A stretch of 63,986 nucleotides of DNA, counting the filler, from Octopus bimaculoides (Eukaryota), in NCBI RefSeq assembly GCF_001194135.2. It is 10 parts of 10 records of this genome, joined end to end, with 100 filler letters (N's around TTAATTAATTAA, not from the genome) between each part and the next. Parts side by side here need not be neighbours in the genome. Positions count along the whole stretch, not along the records: positions 62,655 to 63,986 come from NC_069004.1; 9 more parts are not named here. One strand, written 5' to 3'. The position numbers and the translations under genes were made by a program. Numbering within the stretch: the stretch's first letter is position 1; the number at the start of each line of letters is the position of its first letter. The notes below the pieces were generated by a model. The model saw only the letters and a program-made list of their open reading frames with translations. It made no database searches and was not told where the DNA came from. Positions 62,686-63,986 of this stretch are shown here, piece by piece.

Positions 62686-63179
62686 TCACACACATACGTT
62701 TACGTATTCGCTTTGCAAGATTCGTGTTGTGAAATCGCTATATTTCGGCATGGTCATTTTTTTTAATGCTAAATATACGCAGGCACTATATATTCGTTCT
62801 TCACTTCAGATTTATTACTGTCCTTATTTTATGTCTTTGTCTAGAAATCTTTCGTCACATCTTGTGACCTCTTCAGCGACTCTCCATCCCACGTGTCTCC
62901 TCCTGTGTTGTTTAGTCTATAAGAGAATGAATTAGACCATAAGCTGTTATTTGTTGTTAAATTTAGTTTTCCATGAATGTTCATGCAAGAAAGAATAGAA
63001 CAAAATAAACAAAAATCGCTTATATAATGTGTTCCTAACATAAGCACAAAGCAAGAACTTTCAGTGTAGTGGTCTATGTCGATTATAATCACTTCATTAC
63101 TTGAAATGATGAAAGACAAAGTTGACTTCAGTGGGATTTGAATTCATAATGCAGTAAGTCAGAACAAATATCACAGAAT

Positions 63180-63530
63180 ATTTAGATTATCTAGTTGGAT
63201 TCTCAGTCGTGACCAACTGAAACTATGGATATTTTCCAGCCATCATATTCTTGGTCTACCACTAAGTCTCCTGCTTGAACCTTTTATCTAATCATGTCTG
63301 TAGGACGGAGTTGTGACTTCTCAATGTGGAGAAGTGACAGCTCGCTGCAGAGACTTCCTGATCTCCAAGCTGCGTATCTAGTGAAGTAACGTTACCCCCA
63401 GATGTCTTTCCGATGAACCTCATTTCCACCGCTTGTATTCGCGATTGTACTCTTTCTGTCATTGTCCAACATTCGTGAACATAGGGGACAATAGAGAGGC
63501 AAAATACATAGAATTAAAATAAGGGATTTA
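63180..63530 (-). pseudogene. RTE-clade LINE, RT C-terminal fragment
   Basis: YVHECWTMTERVQSRIQAVEMRF...IRSLEIRKSLQ...LLHIEKSQLR...GRPRI*WLENI...SWSRLRI. Confidence 0.8.
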
Positions 63531-63702
63531 CAAAACCAATAAAGACACAGTATTAAATAATTTTTAAAAAAGAACTCACAGTACATAAGGGAAGCAACAA
63601 CAGACACAGCACTGGATTATCCTGACTCACTAAAGGTATACGCCTTTTCCCTATTATTTCTGCTAACCTACAGCCATAAAATTTAGGTCCATTGAGGCTT
63701 AC

Positions 63703-63733
63703 CTAATTTCCCAGTTTCCTCAGCCTCACCCAT
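63703..63733 (-). CDS. Candidate first coding exon (MGEAEETGKL, phase 1)
   Basis: aaacATGG Kozak-like context and AG|GTAAG donor at 63702, downstream of an NRF1/ETS motif cluster. No downstream exon was identified, and it may be decayed RTE sequence. Confidence 0.2.
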
Positions 63734-63871
63734 GTTTCATAAATTAAATGGTGGGAGTGGGAAGCACCTCCCTTGCTACCTTAACCTTCCAGTTCAAGTA
63801 GTACTAAGAGAAGTTGATGAAGAATTGACCTGAGAACACAAGTGTAGTGACGCCTTAATAGCAGACGACAT

Positions 63872-63945
63872 TTCCGGAAAGTTTATCCACGCATGCGCAG
63901 GGACTAGTTCCGGAAGGAATACAGGAAGAGCCTCATGCGCATGCG
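63872..63945. promoter_or_regulatory. Cluster of NRF1-like and ETS-like motifs (candidate housekeeping-type promoter)
   Basis: TTCCGGAA 63872-79, CGCATGCGCA 63890-99, TTCCGGAAG 63908-16, CAGGAAG 63922-28, TGCGCATGCG 63936-45, all within 75 bp and relatively CpG-rich. Confidence 0.4.
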
Positions 63946-63986
63946 TAGTCATCGACATCCAAGCTTTCGCGTTTCTATTCATTCTC

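Noticed and set aside
63640-63690. Plus-strand branch point and acceptor (ctaac...cag at 63663-63673)
   Set aside because: No open exon or matching upstream donor follows, and it overlaps probable decayed RTE sequence.

Overview
AT-rich, microsatellite-dense eukaryotic non-coding DNA from a fragmented draft assembly: about 6.5 kb of N in about 25 gaps, nine of them artificial 44N-TTAATTAATTAA-44N spacers. The repeat content (tRNA-headed SINE families, extreme CA/TA/AAT/CATA microsatellite load) looks like an octopus genome; this is inference from recalled repeat families, not a database result. No intact host gene is visible. Most long ORFs in the supplied track come from microsatellites or N-runs, and the rest are TE fragments. 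The window is a graveyard of mobile elements: (i) three Penelope-like (PLE) remnants, namely an RT-deleted copy flanked by pLTR-like direct repeats, a copy with an inverted 5' segment, and a Neptune-like RT-thumb/GIY-YIG copy; (ii) R4/Dong-like, RTE-like, CR1-like and a second RLE-type non-LTR fragment; (iii) Tc1, mariner, maT/DD37D, pogo-like MITE and Helentron(HINE)-like pieces; (iv) about 25 SINE copies in 3-4 modular families; (v) a roughly 550 bp non-coding repeat ending in (AAT)n. The most interesting signal is RNA-level: minimal type I hammerhead ribozyme motifs. A family of short PLE-pLTR-like elements, mostly abutting (TA)n, carries a 35-36 nt motif with an unusual U at core position 6 and a palindromic ACGU stem III (5 copies, two nearly identical). 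The Neptune-like PLE ends in a hammerhead with a compensatory U3-A8 pair. There are also two long near-perfect palindromes, two repeat-poor candidate enhancer islands, and a candidate NRF1/ETS promoter with a possible first coding exon at the right edge.
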